The notes beneath the pieces were generated by a model, which was given only the letters and a program-made list of their open reading frames with translations, searched no databases and was not told the origin of the DNA. Below, piece after piece: positions 18,567-30,163 of a stretch of DNA of 64,000 nucleotides (its first letter is position 1; each line of letters starts with the position of its first letter). This DNA is from a bacterium (GTDB lineage: Bacteria > Cyanobacteriota > Sericytochromatia > S15B-MN24 > VGJW01). The position numbers and the translations under genes are program-made. The DNA is taken from positions 1,560 to 65,559 of the forward strand of contig JAJXWQ010000006.1 in NCBI GenBank assembly GCA_021781555.1, given 5' to 3'.

Positions 18567-20111
18567 ATGAGGATCCCGAGGAGCTATCTGGCAGGCGCCG
18601 TCGCCGCCACCATGCTCCTTTCCGCGTGCGGAGAGGCGCCAGGGGCTGCCATCCCTGACGGGACGACCGGAGCCTCGACGTCCAACTACCCGACCACGCC
18701 GGTCCACCACCTGCCTCCTGGCGTCGGAGTCGAGAGCCTGATGCTCTCCCCCGCCTCGGTCTCGATCTCGGTCGGATCGACCCAGCAGTTCACCCCCACG
18801 GTCAAGCTGACCAATGGCCAGACCGTCTACGATCCGCAGCTGGTGCAATGGTCGGTCGGGGATCCGGCTGCAGGGACGGTCGACTACACGGGTGTATTCA
18901 CTCCCACGGCGCCGCGGACGACCAACGTCAGCATCGCTCTCGACGGCAAGTCCGCCGAGGCCGCGGTCACGATCACGCCCGCCGTCTATTCGTGGCAGCA
19001 GGTCGCATCGCCGACCAACGCCGATCTTTACGCCGGCAAGGTGATCAGCCATAACGAGGCCTGGGCGGTGGGTGCCCAGGGCACCGTGCTGCACTACCTG
19101 GGCGGCCAGTGGCAGATCTATCAGGGGCAGGGCTTCGATCAGGGCACGACCCTTCGGGCCATCAACTTCTCCGATCCCTCGACCGGCTGGATGGTCGGCT
19201 CCGAGGCGCCTCCCGGCAAGACCGGAGTGTGCGTCGCCTATGCCTATTCCAATGGCGTCTGGGTTCCGATGCCCATCCAGGCGACGGGCGAGCTCCGAGG
19301 CGTGGCCGTGGCCGATCGGTCCGACGCCTGGGCGGTCGGCGACGATGCTAGCGGCAAGATTCTCATCATGCACTGGGCCGGCCAGGGCTGGCAGCGCGAT
19401 ACCTCGGTCGAGGACAGCGGGCGCCTCAACGCGGTGCAGATGATGGGTAACGAGGTCTGGGCCGTCGGCGAAGACGACAACGAGCCCGTCATCCTGCACT
19501 ACGACGGCAGTTCCTGGTCCAAGAACCGGTTGCCCGTCACCACCGGGCTCTTCGAGACCGGGGAGTTGCGTGCCATCTGCATGCTCAACCAGCAGCAGGG
19601 TTACGCGGTCGGCGAGTACGAGAGCCCGGTTGGCAGCAATGGCTTCGACGTTCCCAAGGGCCTCGTCATGAAGTACGACTCCCGTGGCCAGAATCTCTTC
19701 ACCTGGAGCAACTGGACGCGGATGTCAGCTGCCGACAGCCAGGTCAAGTACCTCGCTCAGGTTCCGCTCAACGGTGTCGCGATGCTGGGGGGTGGCCAGG
19801 GCTGGATCGTCGGTCAGACGGTCAATCCCCAGGTCTGGCTCCCGCTGTCGCCGATCAACGCCGTGTATGGCAACTTCCTCGATTTCGACGGGACGACCTA
19901 CACCATCGACAACTCGTACTTCAAGTACAACCTCAGCCCCACCTTCAACGGCATCGACGTGCTGCCGCAGGGTGATGGCCTGGTCGTCGGATCGCAGGGC
20001 TACATCATGCAGCGCTCCTACGACTGGCGTCAGCAGACGACGCTTCCGAGCTACTCGAGCACCGGTACGGCGGCCGTCCCGGGCACGGTTACCGGCAGTA
20101 CCCAGTACTAG
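18567..20111 (+). CDS. secreted lipoprotein with a Big_2 Ig-like domain and a Ycf48/BNR-like beta-propeller
   Basis: Lipobox LLSAC. Big_2-like segment LSPASVSISVGSTQQFTPTVKLTNGQTV...WSVGDPAAGTVD. Repeated blades of the form AWAVGxxGxxLHY..G.W. The stop TAG is part of a repeat-end CTAG. Confidence 0.7.
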   Translation: MRIPRSYLAGAVAATMLLSACGEAPGAAIPDGTTGASTSNYPTTPVHHLPPGVGVESLMLSPASVSISVGSTQQFTPTVKLTNGQTVYDPQLVQWSVGDPAAGTVDYTGVFTPTAPRTTNVSIALDGKSAEAAVTITPAVYSWQQVASPTNADLYAGKVISHNEAWAVGAQGTVLHYLGGQWQIYQGQGFDQGTTLRAINFSDPSTGWMVGSEAPPGKTGVCVAYAYSNGVWVPMPIQATGELRGVAVADRSDAWAVGDDASGKILIMHWAGQGWQRDTSVEDSGRLNAVQMMGNEVWAVGEDDNEPVILHYDGSSWSKNRLPVTTGLFETGELRAICMLNQQQGYAVGEYESPVGSNGFDVPKGLVMKYDSRGQNLFTWSNWTRMSAADSQVKYLAQVPLNGVAMLGGGQGWIVGQTVNPQVWLPLSPINAVYGNFLDFDGTTYTIDNSYFKYNLSPTFNGIDVLPQGDGLVVGSQGYIMQRSYDWRQQTTLPSYSSTGTAAVPGTVTGSTQY

Positions 20112-20235
20112 GGTCTGCCCGGTTTGACGGGAGCGGGCTCGCGGAGTCAAACGGGCCCCGGTTTTCTCCGCTCGGGAGACTTCCGAGTGGCCGTCTCTCG
20201 GGGATCCTCCTGCGGGCGGGCGAAGCTTCGCTATA
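20108..20235 (-). repeat. degenerate copy of the hairpin repeat
   Basis: ctagggtctgcccggtttgacgggagcgggctcgcggagtcaaacgggccccggtt... matches the left half of the 12489 copy. The right half is diverged, and the end at ~20235 (ctatag) is approximate. Confidence 0.4.
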
Positions 20236-20278
20236 GTTGAAGCCGGAAAGACCCGCCAACTCTTCGAGGAGGACTCCC

Positions 20279-20683
20279 GTGGCCGAAACCACGACTCGCG
20301 CCGGAATCTCGCACGTCGGCTTCATCTCGATCCACGTCAACGACCTGGATCGCGCCATCGAGTTCTACGTGAACCAGCTCGGATTTGCCAAGACCACGGA
20401 CGCACAGATGGGCCCTGGTGCCCGCTGGGTCGAGCTCACCCCGCCGGGTGGAAAGACCCGCGTCACCCTCATCTCCAGGGGCAACCCGGCCTGGATGCCC
20501 GAACTGATCGGCAAGGGCATCGCGGCCCCCTTCGAGGTGGCAGGTGACTTCGAGAAGGTCTGTGCCGACCTCGAGGCCCGCGGCGTCCGGTTCAACAAAG
20601 CCCCCAAGCAGGAGTTCTACGGCTGGTGGGCCGAGATCCTCGACGCGGACGACAACATCCTGGGCCTGCACGCGGGCGCCTGA
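20279..20683 (+). CDS. VOC/glyoxalase family protein
   Basis: ISHVGFISIHVNDLDRAIEFYVNQLGF. GTG 20279 with GAGGAGG 6 nt upstream (track start is TTG 20237). Confidence 0.8.
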   Translation: MAETTTRAGISHVGFISIHVNDLDRAIEFYVNQLGFAKTTDAQMGPGARWVELTPPGGKTRVTLISRGNPAWMPELIGKGIAAPFEVAGDFEKVCADLEARGVRFNKAPKQEFYGWWAEILDADDNILGLHAGA

Positions 20684-20770
20684 CCGGTGGTCGCTTGACG
20701 CCACGGGGAGACCCTGAGACCGGCGGACCCGCTGGCGCTACGGAGGCGCTTGCATGCCACCGGTGGTAAA

Positions 20771-20872
20771 CTCGAGGGTGCTCCCGGTTTGCAGGGGGCG
20801 GGCCCGAGAAGTCAAACGGGACGCGGTTGCGCAGCACGGCGGTCGCGCACGGGGGCTCGTTTCAGGAGGTAG
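20771..20872 (-). repeat. diverged copy of the hairpin repeat
   Basis: ctcgagggtgctcccggtttgcagggggcgggcccgagaagtcaaacgggacgcggttgcgcagcacggcggtcgcgcac... is collinear with the 12489 copy. Its 3' part contains the AGGAGG upstream of the thiolase start. Confidence 0.6.
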
Positions 20873-20882
20873 TTTGACGACG

Positions 20883-22181
20883 ATGTCGACGACAAATAAT
20901 GGCCGCACGGTCATCGTGAGTGCGGTACGCACTCCTTTCGGCAAGCTCGGGGGCGGGCTTTCTTCCCTGGCTGCGGTGGATCTGGGAGCGCTGGTGATTC
21001 AGGAAGCGATCCGCCGCGCTGGCGTCGAGCCCGATCAGGTAGACAACGTGATCATGGGCCAGGTTCTGCAGGCCAACTCCGGGCAGATCCCGGCGCGCCA
21101 GGCGGCCATCAAGGCGGGGCTGCCGGTCACTGTCCACGGCTTGACCGTCAACAAGGTCTGCGCCTCGGGCATGCGGGCGATCACTCTGGCTGACCAGTTC
21201 GCACGCCTGGGCGACGGCGAGATCTTCGTCGCGGGTGGCATGGAGAGCATGACCAACACCCCGTACTACCTGCCCAAGGCCCGCCAGGGTTACCGGATGG
21301 GCAACGGGGAGTTGGTCGACGGGATGATCCACGACGGCCTCTGGTGCGCCTTCCACGATGTCCACATGGGCGTGCACGGTACGACGGTCTCCCGCGAGTT
21401 CGGCATCACCCGCGAGGAGATGGACGCGTGGTCGGCCCGCAGCCACAAGCTGGCCCACGCGGCCTGGGAGGCCGGGCGCTTCGACCAGGAAGTGCTGCCG
21501 GTCACGATCCCGCAGGGCAAGAAGGATCCGCTGGTCGTCCGGCGCGACGAGAGCATTCGCCCGGAGACTACCCTCGAGACCCTGGCCAAGCTCAAGCCGG
21601 CCTTCGGAGCCGACAGCCTCATCACCGCGGGGAATGCCCCGGGCATCAACGACGGGGCGGGCGCGGTCGTGCTCATGAGCGAGCGCAAGGCCGAGCTGCT
21701 CGGCCTCGAGCCGATCGCCGCCATCGTCAGCTACGGCATGGTGGCGCAGGATCCCCCATACCTGCACATCGTCCCCGCCATGGCCATCCAGGAGGCCCTC
21801 TCTCGGGCCAGTTTGACGGTGGATCAGCTCGATCGCATCGAGATCAACGAGGCCTTTGCCGCCGTCACCCTGACCAGTCTGCGGATTCTCGCCAAGGAGC
21901 GGGTCCTGGTCGGCGCCCACGTCAACGGGGGCTCGTCCCGTCAGGGTGGCAAGGTCGAGCTCGCCGAGGCCTCGGACGCTCGCGTCGCAGCCCTGGCCGA
22001 GCGCACCAACGTCAACGGCGGTGCCGTCGCGATGGGCCATCCGATCGGGGCATCGGGGGCACGCCTCCTCGCCACGCTGGCCTTCGAGCTGGCGCGCACG
22101 GGCGGTCGCTACGGCGCAGCTGGCATCTGCTCGGGCTCGGCCCAGGGCGATGCCGTCATCCTCGAGAATCTTCGCCGTTAA
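20883..22181 (+). CDS. acetyl-CoA acetyltransferase (thiolase II) with a ~30-aa insertion
   Basis: VSAVRTPFGKLGG, active-site VNKVCASGMRA, EINEAFAA, NVNGGAVAMGHPIGASGARLL and CSGSAQG. ATG 20883; the track ORF starts 43 codons upstream inside the repeat. Confidence 0.92.
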   Translation: MSTTNNGRTVIVSAVRTPFGKLGGGLSSLAAVDLGALVIQEAIRRAGVEPDQVDNVIMGQVLQANSGQIPARQAAIKAGLPVTVHGLTVNKVCASGMRAITLADQFARLGDGEIFVAGGMESMTNTPYYLPKARQGYRMGNGELVDGMIHDGLWCAFHDVHMGVHGTTVSREFGITREEMDAWSARSHKLAHAAWEAGRFDQEVLPVTIPQGKKDPLVVRRDESIRPETTLETLAKLKPAFGADSLITAGNAPGINDGAGAVVLMSERKAELLGLEPIAAIVSYGMVAQDPPYLHIVPAMAIQEALSRASLTVDQLDRIEINEAFAAVTLTSLRILAKERVLVGAHVNGGSSRQGGKVELAEASDARVAALAERTNVNGGAVAMGHPIGASGARLLATLAFELARTGGRYGAAGICSGSAQGDAVILENLRR

Positions 22182-22204
22182 GCTCCTTTCCGCTTCGTCG
22201 TCCG

Positions 22205-22226
22205 CCGGGAACCTCGAGGTTCCCGG
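22205..22226. terminator. perfect 22-bp palindrome (intercistronic hairpin)
   Basis: ccgggaacctcgaggttcccgg, 24 nt after the thiolase stop. A second hairpin aaccggag-N9-ctccggtt lies at 22294-22318. Confidence 0.35.
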
Positions 22227-22339
22227 CCGCTGGACGGAGTGCCCCTTTCGACGGGTAGGGCCTGCCTGGGTGCGGGTCTTGCCTTCGGGACAGAACCGGA
22301 GGCCGGCAGGCTCCGGTTGCCCTCATCAAGGAGTCCAAG

Positions 22340-23218
22340 ATGCAAGTTCACAACATAGCCGTCATCGGCGCTGGCCAGATGGGTTCCGGGATTGCACAGG
22401 CCTTCGCGCAGTCCGGCTACCAGACGGTCGTCTACGACGTCGTGCAGCCCCAGCTCGATCGGGCCAAGAGCGGTATCACTAAGTCGCTCGACAAGTTTGT
22501 TGACAAAGGCAAGCTCGCCGCCGCGGAGCGCGAGGCCACGCTCGGGCGGCTGCTCTTCACCGCCGATCTCACCAAGGTTGCCAGTGCCGATCTCGTGATC
22601 GAGGCGATCGTCGAGAAGCTCGAATCCAAGCAGCAGACCTGGCGCCAGATCGACGAGATCTGCAAGGCCGATGCCATCTTCGCCACCAACACCAGCAGCG
22701 TGCCCATCACCCAGCTCGCGGGCGTCGTGAGCCACCCCGAGCGCTTCATCGGGATGCATTTCATGAATCCCGTCCCGCTCATGGCGCTGGTCGAGGTCAT
22801 CCGTGGCCTTTTGACCCGCGACGACGTGCACGAGACGGTGATGGAGACCGCCCGGGCCCTCGGCAAGACGCCGGTCACGGTCAACGACGCGCCCGGTTTC
22901 ATTTCCAACCGCATCTTGATGCCGATGATCAACGAGGCGGTGGTCTGCTTGCAGGAGGGGATCGCCACCCGCGACGACATCGACACCGTGATGAAGCTCG
23001 GCATGAACCACCCGATGGGTCCGCTCACGCTGGCCGATTTCATCGGCCTGGATACCTGCCTCTTCATCATGGAGATTCTCCACCGCGACCTGGGCGAGGA
23101 CAAGTACCGGCCGTCGCCCCTGCTGCGCAAGATGGTCCAGGCCGGGCTCCTGGGCAAGAAGTCGGGCCGCGGCTTCTACGACTACACCGCCGAGAGGACT
23201 CCTGCCGCCGCCCGGTAG
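22340..23218 (+). CDS. hbd: 3-hydroxybutyryl-CoA dehydrogenase
   Basis: [40 protein letters not shown] and [24 protein letters not shown]. Confidence 0.92.
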   Translation: MQVHNIAVIGAGQMGSGIAQAFAQSGYQTVVYDVVQPQLDRAKSGITKSLDKFVDKGKLAAAEREATLGRLLFTADLTKVASADLVIEAIVEKLESKQQTWRQIDEICKADAIFATNTSSVPITQLAGVVSHPERFIGMHFMNPVPLMALVEVIRGLLTRDDVHETVMETARALGKTPVTVNDAPGFISNRILMPMINEAVVCLQEGIATRDDIDTVMKLGMNHPMGPLTLADFIGLDTCLFIMEILHRDLGEDKYRPSPLLRKMVQAGLLGKKSGRGFYDYTAERTPAAAR

Positions 23219-23348
23219 GACGCCTTCGCCCGGAGCACCTCGCGCGTCAGCGATCCTGGCGTGGGAGAGTCCGGTCGGAATCACACGGGGAGGGTGCTGG
23301 CCAGCTGCCGGCACCGCTCCTCGGTCGCAACCAGAGGGACCGATCGCC

Positions 23349-24521
23349 TTGGACTTCGAGCTGACCCCCGACCAGCAGGAACTCGTGGATATGGTGCGCG
23401 ACTTTTGCAGCCGCGAGATCGATCCGCACGCATCCCAGTGGGATCAGGCCGAGCACTTCCCGCTCGACGTCTTCCGCAAGATGGGCGAACTTGGCCTGCT
23501 TGGCATCCCGCTTCCCGAGCAGTACGGCGGCGGGGGGGGATCGTTCGTCGACTACATCCTGGCGATCGAGGAGCTGGCCAGGCACGACGCGGGCCTGGCC
23601 ACGGCCTACTCGGTCCACCTCTCGGCCCACGCCTCCACCATCGCCGCCTGGGGCACCCCCGAGCAGAAGTCCCGGTACCTGCCCAAGCTGGCGAGCGGAC
23701 AATGGCTGGGCTGCTTCGCCCTGACCGAGCCACACTGTGGATCGGATGCCGCGGCCCTGCGCACCCGGGCCGATCGGGATGGCGAGGCTTACGTGCTCAA
23801 CGGGACCAAGCAGTGGATCACCAACGCCAAGAGCGGCGACCTCTTCCTGCTCTTCGCCCGCACCGATCCCGAGTCCAAAGGCGCCCGGGGGATCACCGCC
23901 TTCTTGATCGAGAAGGGTACCCCGGGCCTGATCGTCGATCGCAAGACCCACAAGCTCGGCATGCGCACGTCCGAGACCTACGACCTCGTGCTCAAGGATT
24001 GCCGGGTTCCCGCGTCGGCCGTCATCGGCGCCGTCGGGGAGGGCTTCAAGGTCGCGATGAGGACCCTCGACTCGGGGCGGATCGGGATCGCCGCGCAGGC
24101 GCTGGGCATCGGCCAGGCGGCGCTGGACGAGGCCAGGAAATTCGCGCTCGAGCGCGAGGCCTTCGGTCAGCCCATCGCCAGGTTCCAGGCGATCCAGTGG
24201 AAGATCGCCGACATGGCCACCCAGCTGGCCGCGGGCCGCATCCTGACCTACCGTGCGGCCTGGCTCAAGGACCAGGGCCTCCCCCACACCAAAGAGGGCG
24301 CCATGGCCAAGCTCCAGGCGAGCCGTGCCGCCCGGGAGGCCGCCCAGGAGTCGCTCCAGATCCACGGGGGCTACGGCTTCTCGCAGGAGTTCCCCATCGA
24401 ACGCCACTACCGCGACGTCAAGGTCACGGAGATCTACGAGGGCACCAGCGAGGTGCAGAAGATCGTCATCTCCCGCGCCGTCCTGTCGGCACGGCGAGCG
24501 CTCGAGCCTGCGGCGCGCTGA
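23349..24521 (+). CDS. acyl-CoA dehydrogenase (short/branched-chain type)
   Basis: 390 aa. CFALTEPHCGSDAAAL, WITNA, RIGIAAQALGI, QIHGGYGF and EIYEGTSEVQ. TTG start giving MDFELTPDQQ. Confidence 0.92.
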   Translation: MDFELTPDQQELVDMVRDFCSREIDPHASQWDQAEHFPLDVFRKMGELGLLGIPLPEQYGGGGGSFVDYILAIEELARHDAGLATAYSVHLSAHASTIAAWGTPEQKSRYLPKLASGQWLGCFALTEPHCGSDAAALRTRADRDGEAYVLNGTKQWITNAKSGDLFLLFARTDPESKGARGITAFLIEKGTPGLIVDRKTHKLGMRTSETYDLVLKDCRVPASAVIGAVGEGFKVAMRTLDSGRIGIAAQALGIGQAALDEARKFALEREAFGQPIARFQAIQWKIADMATQLAAGRILTYRAAWLKDQGLPHTKEGAMAKLQASRAAREAAQESLQIHGGYGFSQEFPIERHYRDVKVTEIYEGTSEVQKIVISRAVLSARRALEPAAR

Positions 24522-24594
24522 ACTTTCCACCTGCGCTCGGCGCAGTTCCCGGTCACCGTCCCCGTTTCCCCGCTTGTCTTAGAGGCCGTCACCC

Positions 24595-25740
<1,146 letters not shown>

Positions 25741-25875
25741 CGTCGGATTCCCGCCATGGCGGACGGCGTCTTTTGCCATGGGAAGGGTTCGGTCGTCGCT
25801 GCGGCCTCGCGCGAAGGCCAGCTTGTGGTCAGCTCGGAAAGAATCGCCGCCTGGCAAGGCTCGGCCCCTGATAGA

Positions 25876-26691
25876 ATGAGCGATATGAAACCCGAGGAAG
25901 TGGCCAGGCGAGTCGCTGGCGGCGATCGCCGGGCCTGCGCGCGCCTCATCACGCAGGTCGAGGAGCGCGATCCGAGCGCGCTGGCGATCCTCGAGCTCTT
26001 GCCGGCCGGCGGCTCGTTCAAGATCGGGATCACCGGGCCCCCGGGTGCCGGCAAGAGCACTCTGGTCGACCTGCTGGTCGAGCAGGCGCGGGCCGAGGGC
26101 GCCACGGTGGGCGTGCTGGCGGTCGATCCGTCGTCTTTGCGAACCGGCGGGGCCCTGCTGGGCGATCGCATCCGCATGCAGGGGCATGCGACGGACCCGG
26201 GTGTCTTCATCCGCTCGATGGGCACCCGTGGGCATTACGGGGGCCTGGCTGCGGCCACCGCCGACGCCGCCCGGGTGCTCGAGGCTTTCGGCTGTTCGGT
26301 GATCCTCCTCGAGACCGTCGGGGTCGGGCAGTCTGAGGTCGAGGTCGCTGACCTCGCCGACGTCACGATACTCGTCCTCGGGCCCAATTCCGGCGACGGC
26401 ATCCAGGCCATGAAGGCCGGCATCATGGAGGTCCCGGATCTCTTCGTCGTCAACAAGGCCGATCTCCCCGGGGCGGACGCCACGCTGCTGGAGATCCGTC
26501 GGATGCTCGCCGAGGCGCTGGATGCCCCGAGGCTACCTGGCGAAACGCCTGCTGCCGGCCCGGCGGATCGCGTCTTGGCGACCAGAGCGCTCGACGATCC
26601 CGCCCGCAACGGGGTCCCGGAACTTTGGCGGGCGATCCGGGATCGCCAGCTGCTCCTTGCCGCACGTGTCCAGTTAGAGGAAGTTCCTTAG
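25876..26691 (+). CDS. meaB: MeaB/ArgK-type G-protein chaperone for B12-dependent mutases
   Basis: P-loop [41 protein letters not shown] and VVNKADL. ATG 25876 is preferred over the track start 25756. The stop abuts the icmF ATG. Confidence 0.85.
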   Translation: MSDMKPEEVARRVAGGDRRACARLITQVEERDPSALAILELLPAGGSFKIGITGPPGAGKSTLVDLLVEQARAEGATVGVLAVDPSSLRTGGALLGDRIRMQGHATDPGVFIRSMGTRGHYGGLAAATADAARVLEAFGCSVILLETVGVGQSEVEVADLADVTILVLGPNSGDGIQAMKAGIMEVPDLFVVNKADLPGADATLLEIRRMLAEALDAPRLPGETPAAGPADRVLATRALDDPARNGVPELWRAIRDRQLLLAARVQLEEVP

Positions 26692-29600
26692 ATGGCCATC
26701 GCCGCTCCAGAACCCACCCAGGCGGGCTACCGGCCCGTCCATCCGACCCGCTTCGTCACGGCCGCCGCGTTGTTCGATGGCCACGACGCCGCCATCAACA
26801 TCATGCGGCGGATCCTCCAGGCCACCGGGGCGGAGGTCGTCCACCTCGGGCACAACCGCTCGGTTGCCGAGATCGTGCAGGCGGCCATCGCCGAGGATGC
26901 GCAGGGCGTTGCCGTCTCGAGCTACCAGGGCGGCCACATGGAGTTCTTCAAGTACCTGGTGGACGAGCTCCGAGCTGCGGGTTTTGGCCACGTCGGCGTC
27001 TATGGCGGGGGGGGCGGGGTCATCGTGCCCGAGGAGATCGCCGAGCTAGAGGCCTACGGAGTCGCCAAGATCTTCAGCCCCGAGGATGGCCGGCTCATGG
27101 GCCTGCAGGGAATGATCGACCGGATGGTGACCGAGTGCGATCGGCCCCTGCCGGCCGCGCCCGATCTGGCGCGGCTGGCCGTCGACCAGCCGGGCGTCGT
27201 CGCCCGGGCGATCACCTACGCCGAGGCGGACCGGCTCGACCCGGGAGCCCTCGGGGAGCGGCGCAGCGCCACGCCGCCCGTGGTGGTGGGATTCACCGGC
27301 ACCGGCGGGGCCGGCAAGAGCAGCCTGGTCGACGAGATCGTGCGGAGATTCCTCGCCGATCAACCCGGCAAGACGGTCGCCATCCTCTCGGTCGACCCGA
27401 CGCAGCGCCGCACGGGAGGCGCCTTGCTCGGAGACCGGATCCGCATGAACGCCATCTACGACCCGCGGGTCTACATGCGCTCGCTGGCCACGCGGGCCGC
27501 CCATGCCACCAGCTCCAGCGCCCTGCCCCAGGCCATCGACATCGCCTGCCGGGCCGGTTTTGACCTCATCATCGTCGAGACGGCCGGCATCGGGCAGTCG
27601 GATTCGCAGATCGCCGATCTGGTGGACGTCTCCACCTACGTCATGACATCCGAGTACGGTGCCGCCAGCCAGCTCGAGAAGATCGACATGCTCAGCTACG
27701 CCGACCTGGTCGTGCTCAACAAGTTCGACAAGCGGGGGGCCGAGGACGCCCTGCGCGACGTCCGCAAGCAGGTCCAGCGGAATACCGGAAGGTTTGAGCG
27801 CGGCCTTGAGGACATGCCCGTCTTCGCCACGATCGCCAGCCAGTTCAACGACGCGGGGACGACCTGGTTCTACGACAACCTCCTGCGGGTCGTCGCCGAA
27901 AGGACCCGCCTGGACTGGAAGCCGCGGAACCCCGCGAGTCCGAAGCAGTCCCGGCGCCAGGTCCTGGTCGGTGCCGACCGTTCCGCCTACCTTTCCGAGA
28001 TTGCCCGCACCGTCCGCAAGTACCACGAGCAGACGCGCCAGCAGGCCGAGACGGCGTCGCTGGCCTACGCCTACTGGAAGGCGCTCCAGGAGCTCGACCC
28101 GGCGGCTCCCGCGGCGGGCCAGCCCTATGCTCCCGAGCTGCTGGTCTCAGGGGATACGGCGATCGCCGTCCTGCGCCAGCGCTACACCGAGGCCCTGGCC
28201 GATCTCGATGCCGACACGCTGGCCCGGATTCGCCAGTGGCCGGAGGTCGTGCAGTCCTACACCCAGCCAGCCCACCACTACACGGTGCGCGGGCAGGTCC
28301 TGGCCGTCGAGAACTACTCGACCACGCTGTCCGGGAGCTCCATCCCCAAGGTCGCGCTGCCGAGCTACCGCGACTGGGGCGATCTGGTCGGCTGGCAGGG
28401 CGCCGAGAACGTGCCCGGGCGCTTCCCCTACACCGCGGGAGTCTTCGAGTATCGCCGCCGCAGCGAGGATCCGACGCGCATGTTCGCGGGCGAGGGCACG
28501 CCGGAGCGCACCAACAAGCGGTTCCACTACCTGGCCCCCGCGGGGGACGATCCGGGCTGCGCCCGTGTCGCCCGCCTGTCGACCGCCTTCGACAGCGTCA
28601 CCTTGTACGGCGAGGATCCGGGCCTGCGGCCGGACGTCTACGGTAAGATCGGCAACTCGGGCGTCTCGATCTGCACCGTCGACGACGCGCGCAAGCTGTA
28701 CAGCGGCTTCGACCTTTCGGCGCCCACCACGAGCGTCTCGATGACGATCAACGGCCCGGCCCCGATCGTCCTGGCGATGTTCTTCAATGCCGCGATCGAT
28801 CAGCAGGTCGAGCGGCACCTGACCGATAGCGGCAAGCTCGACCTGGCCCGGGCGACGATCGCCCGGTGGTGCGCCGAGCGTGGCAGCGAGCCGCCGCGCT
28901 ACGGAGAACCCCTCCCTGCGGGCAACACGGGCCTCGGGCTGGCCACGCTGGGCATCCCCTCGCGGCTCCTGGTCGACGCAGCCACCTACGAGCGCATCAA
29001 GGACCAGACCCTCAAGGTCGTGCGCGGGACCGTCCAGGCCGACATCCTCAAGGAGGATCAGGCGCAGAACACCTGCATCTTCAGCACCGAGTTCGCCCTG
29101 CGGATGATGGGCGACATGCAGGCCTTCTTCATCCGCAACGAGGTCCGCAACTTCTACAGCGTATCGATCTCCGGCTACCACATCGCCGAGGCCGGGGCCA
29201 ATCCGATCACGCAGCTGGCGTTCACCCTGGCCAACGGCTTCACCTACGTCGAGTATTACCGGTCGCGGGGCATGGCGATCGACGAATTCGCCCCCAACTT
29301 GAGCTTCTTCTTCAGCAACGGGCTCGACGCCGAGTACTCCGTGATCGGGCGGGTCGCCCGGCGCATCTGGGCCGTGGCGATGCGCGATCTTTACGGCGGA
29401 AACGAGCGCTCGCAGAAGCTCAAGTACCACATCCAGACCTCAGGTCGCAGCCTTCACGCCCAGGAGATCGATTTCAACGACATCCGCACGACCTTGCAGG
29501 CGCTCTATGCGATCTCCGACAACTGCAACTCGCTGCACACCAATTCCTACGACGAGGCCATCACGACTCCCACCGAGGAGTCCGTGCGCCGGGCTCTGGC

Positions 29601-30120
29601 GATCCAGCTCATCATCAATCGCGAGCTGGGCCTCTCCCGCAACGAAAATCCCCTGCAGGGTGCGTTCATCGTGGAGCAGCTGACGCAGCTGGTCGAGGAC
29701 GCCGTGCTGGCGGAGTTCGATCGCATCTCCGACCGTGGTGGCGTGCTCGGTGCGATGGAGACGATGTACCAGCGCAGCCTGATCCAGGAGGAATCGCTCC
29801 ACTACGAGCGGCTCAAGCATTCGGGCGAGCTGCCCATCGTCGGCGTCAACACCTTCCTCAACCCCGGGGCGCAGCCCCTGGGGGCGCCCGAGCTGATTCG
29901 CTCCACCGAGGCCGAGAAGCGCGAGCAGGTCGACAATCTCGGCGCGTTCCACCGGCGCAACGCGGCCGAGGCTCAAGCGGCGCTGGCTCGTCTGGTGGAG
30001 GTCGCACGTTCGGGCGGCAACCTCTTCGAGGAGCTGATGGAGACCGTGCAGTTCTGCTCGCTGGGCCAGATCACGTCCACGCTGTACGGCGTGGGGGGGC
30101 AGTATCGCAGGGCGATGTGA
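26692..30120 (+). CDS. icmF: fused isobutyryl-CoA mutase (B12 domain - MeaB-like GTPase - mutase catalytic domain)
   Basis: 1142 aa. N-terminus [38 protein letters not shown]...SSYQGGH. Internal P-loop [22 protein letters not shown] and NKFDKRG. The C-terminal ~600 aa is a TIM-barrel mutase domain ([26 protein letters not shown]). Confidence 0.9.
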   Translation: MAIAAPEPTQAGYRPVHPTRFVTAAALFDGHDAAINIMRRILQATGAEVVHLGHNRSVAEIVQAAIAEDAQGVAVSSYQGGHMEFFKYLVDELRAAGFGHVGVYGGGGGVIVPEEIAELEAYGVAKIFSPEDGRLMGLQGMIDRMVTECDRPLPAAPDLARLAVDQPGVVARAITYAEADRLDPGALGERRSATPPVVVGFTGTGGAGKSSLVDEIVRRFLADQPGKTVAILSVDPTQRRTGGALLGDRIRMNAIYDPRVYMRSLATRAAHATSSSALPQAIDIACRAGFDLIIVETAGIGQSDSQIADLVDVSTYVMTSEYGAASQLEKIDMLSYADLVVLNKFDKRGAEDALRDVRKQVQRNTGRFERGLEDMPVFATIASQFNDAGTTWFYDNLLRVVAERTRLDWKPRNPASPKQSRRQVLVGADRSAYLSEIARTVRKYHEQTRQQAETASLAYAYWKALQELDPAAPAAGQPYAPELLVSGDTAIAVLRQRYTEALADLDADTLARIRQWPEVVQSYTQPAHHYTVRGQVLAVENYSTTLSGSSIPKVALPSYRDWGDLVGWQGAENVPGRFPYTAGVFEYRRRSEDPTRMFAGEGTPERTNKRFHYLAPAGDDPGCARVARLSTAFDSVTLYGEDPGLRPDVYGKIGNSGVSICTVDDARKLYSGFDLSAPTTSVSMTINGPAPIVLAMFFNAAIDQQVERHLTDSGKLDLARATIARWCAERGSEPPRYGEPLPAGNTGLGLATLGIPSRLLVDAATYERIKDQTLKVVRGTVQADILKEDQAQNTCIFSTEFALRMMGDMQAFFIRNEVRNFYSVSISGYHIAEAGANPITQLAFTLANGFTYVEYYRSRGMAIDEFAPNLSFFFSNGLDAEYSVIGRVARRIWAVAMRDLYGGNERSQKLKYHIQTSGRSLHAQEIDFNDIRTTLQALYAISDNCNSLHTNSYDEAITTPTEESVRRALAIQLIINRELGLSRNENPLQGAFIVEQLTQLVEDAVLAEFDRISDRGGVLGAMETMYQRSLIQEESLHYERLKHSGELPIVGVNTFLNPGAQPLGAPELIRSTEAEKREQVDNLGAFHRRNAAEAQAALARLVEVARSGGNLFEELMETVQFCSLGQITSTLYGVGGQYRRAM

Positions 30121-30163
30121 CGGGCCGCAAACTCTCGAGGCGACCATGAATCAGGAGGTTTCG

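Noticed and set aside
20754-20882. N-terminal extensions of track ORFs: thiolase 20754, TPR 39606, Mo subunit up to 54327, flgE up to 12086, flgD up to 12531, TolB-like up to 38224, FAD subunit up to 55464, propeller gene up to 60715.
   Set aside because: The extensions are Arg/Pro-rich and overlap neighbouring genes or repeat elements. Internal starts with good SD motifs give canonical N-termini.
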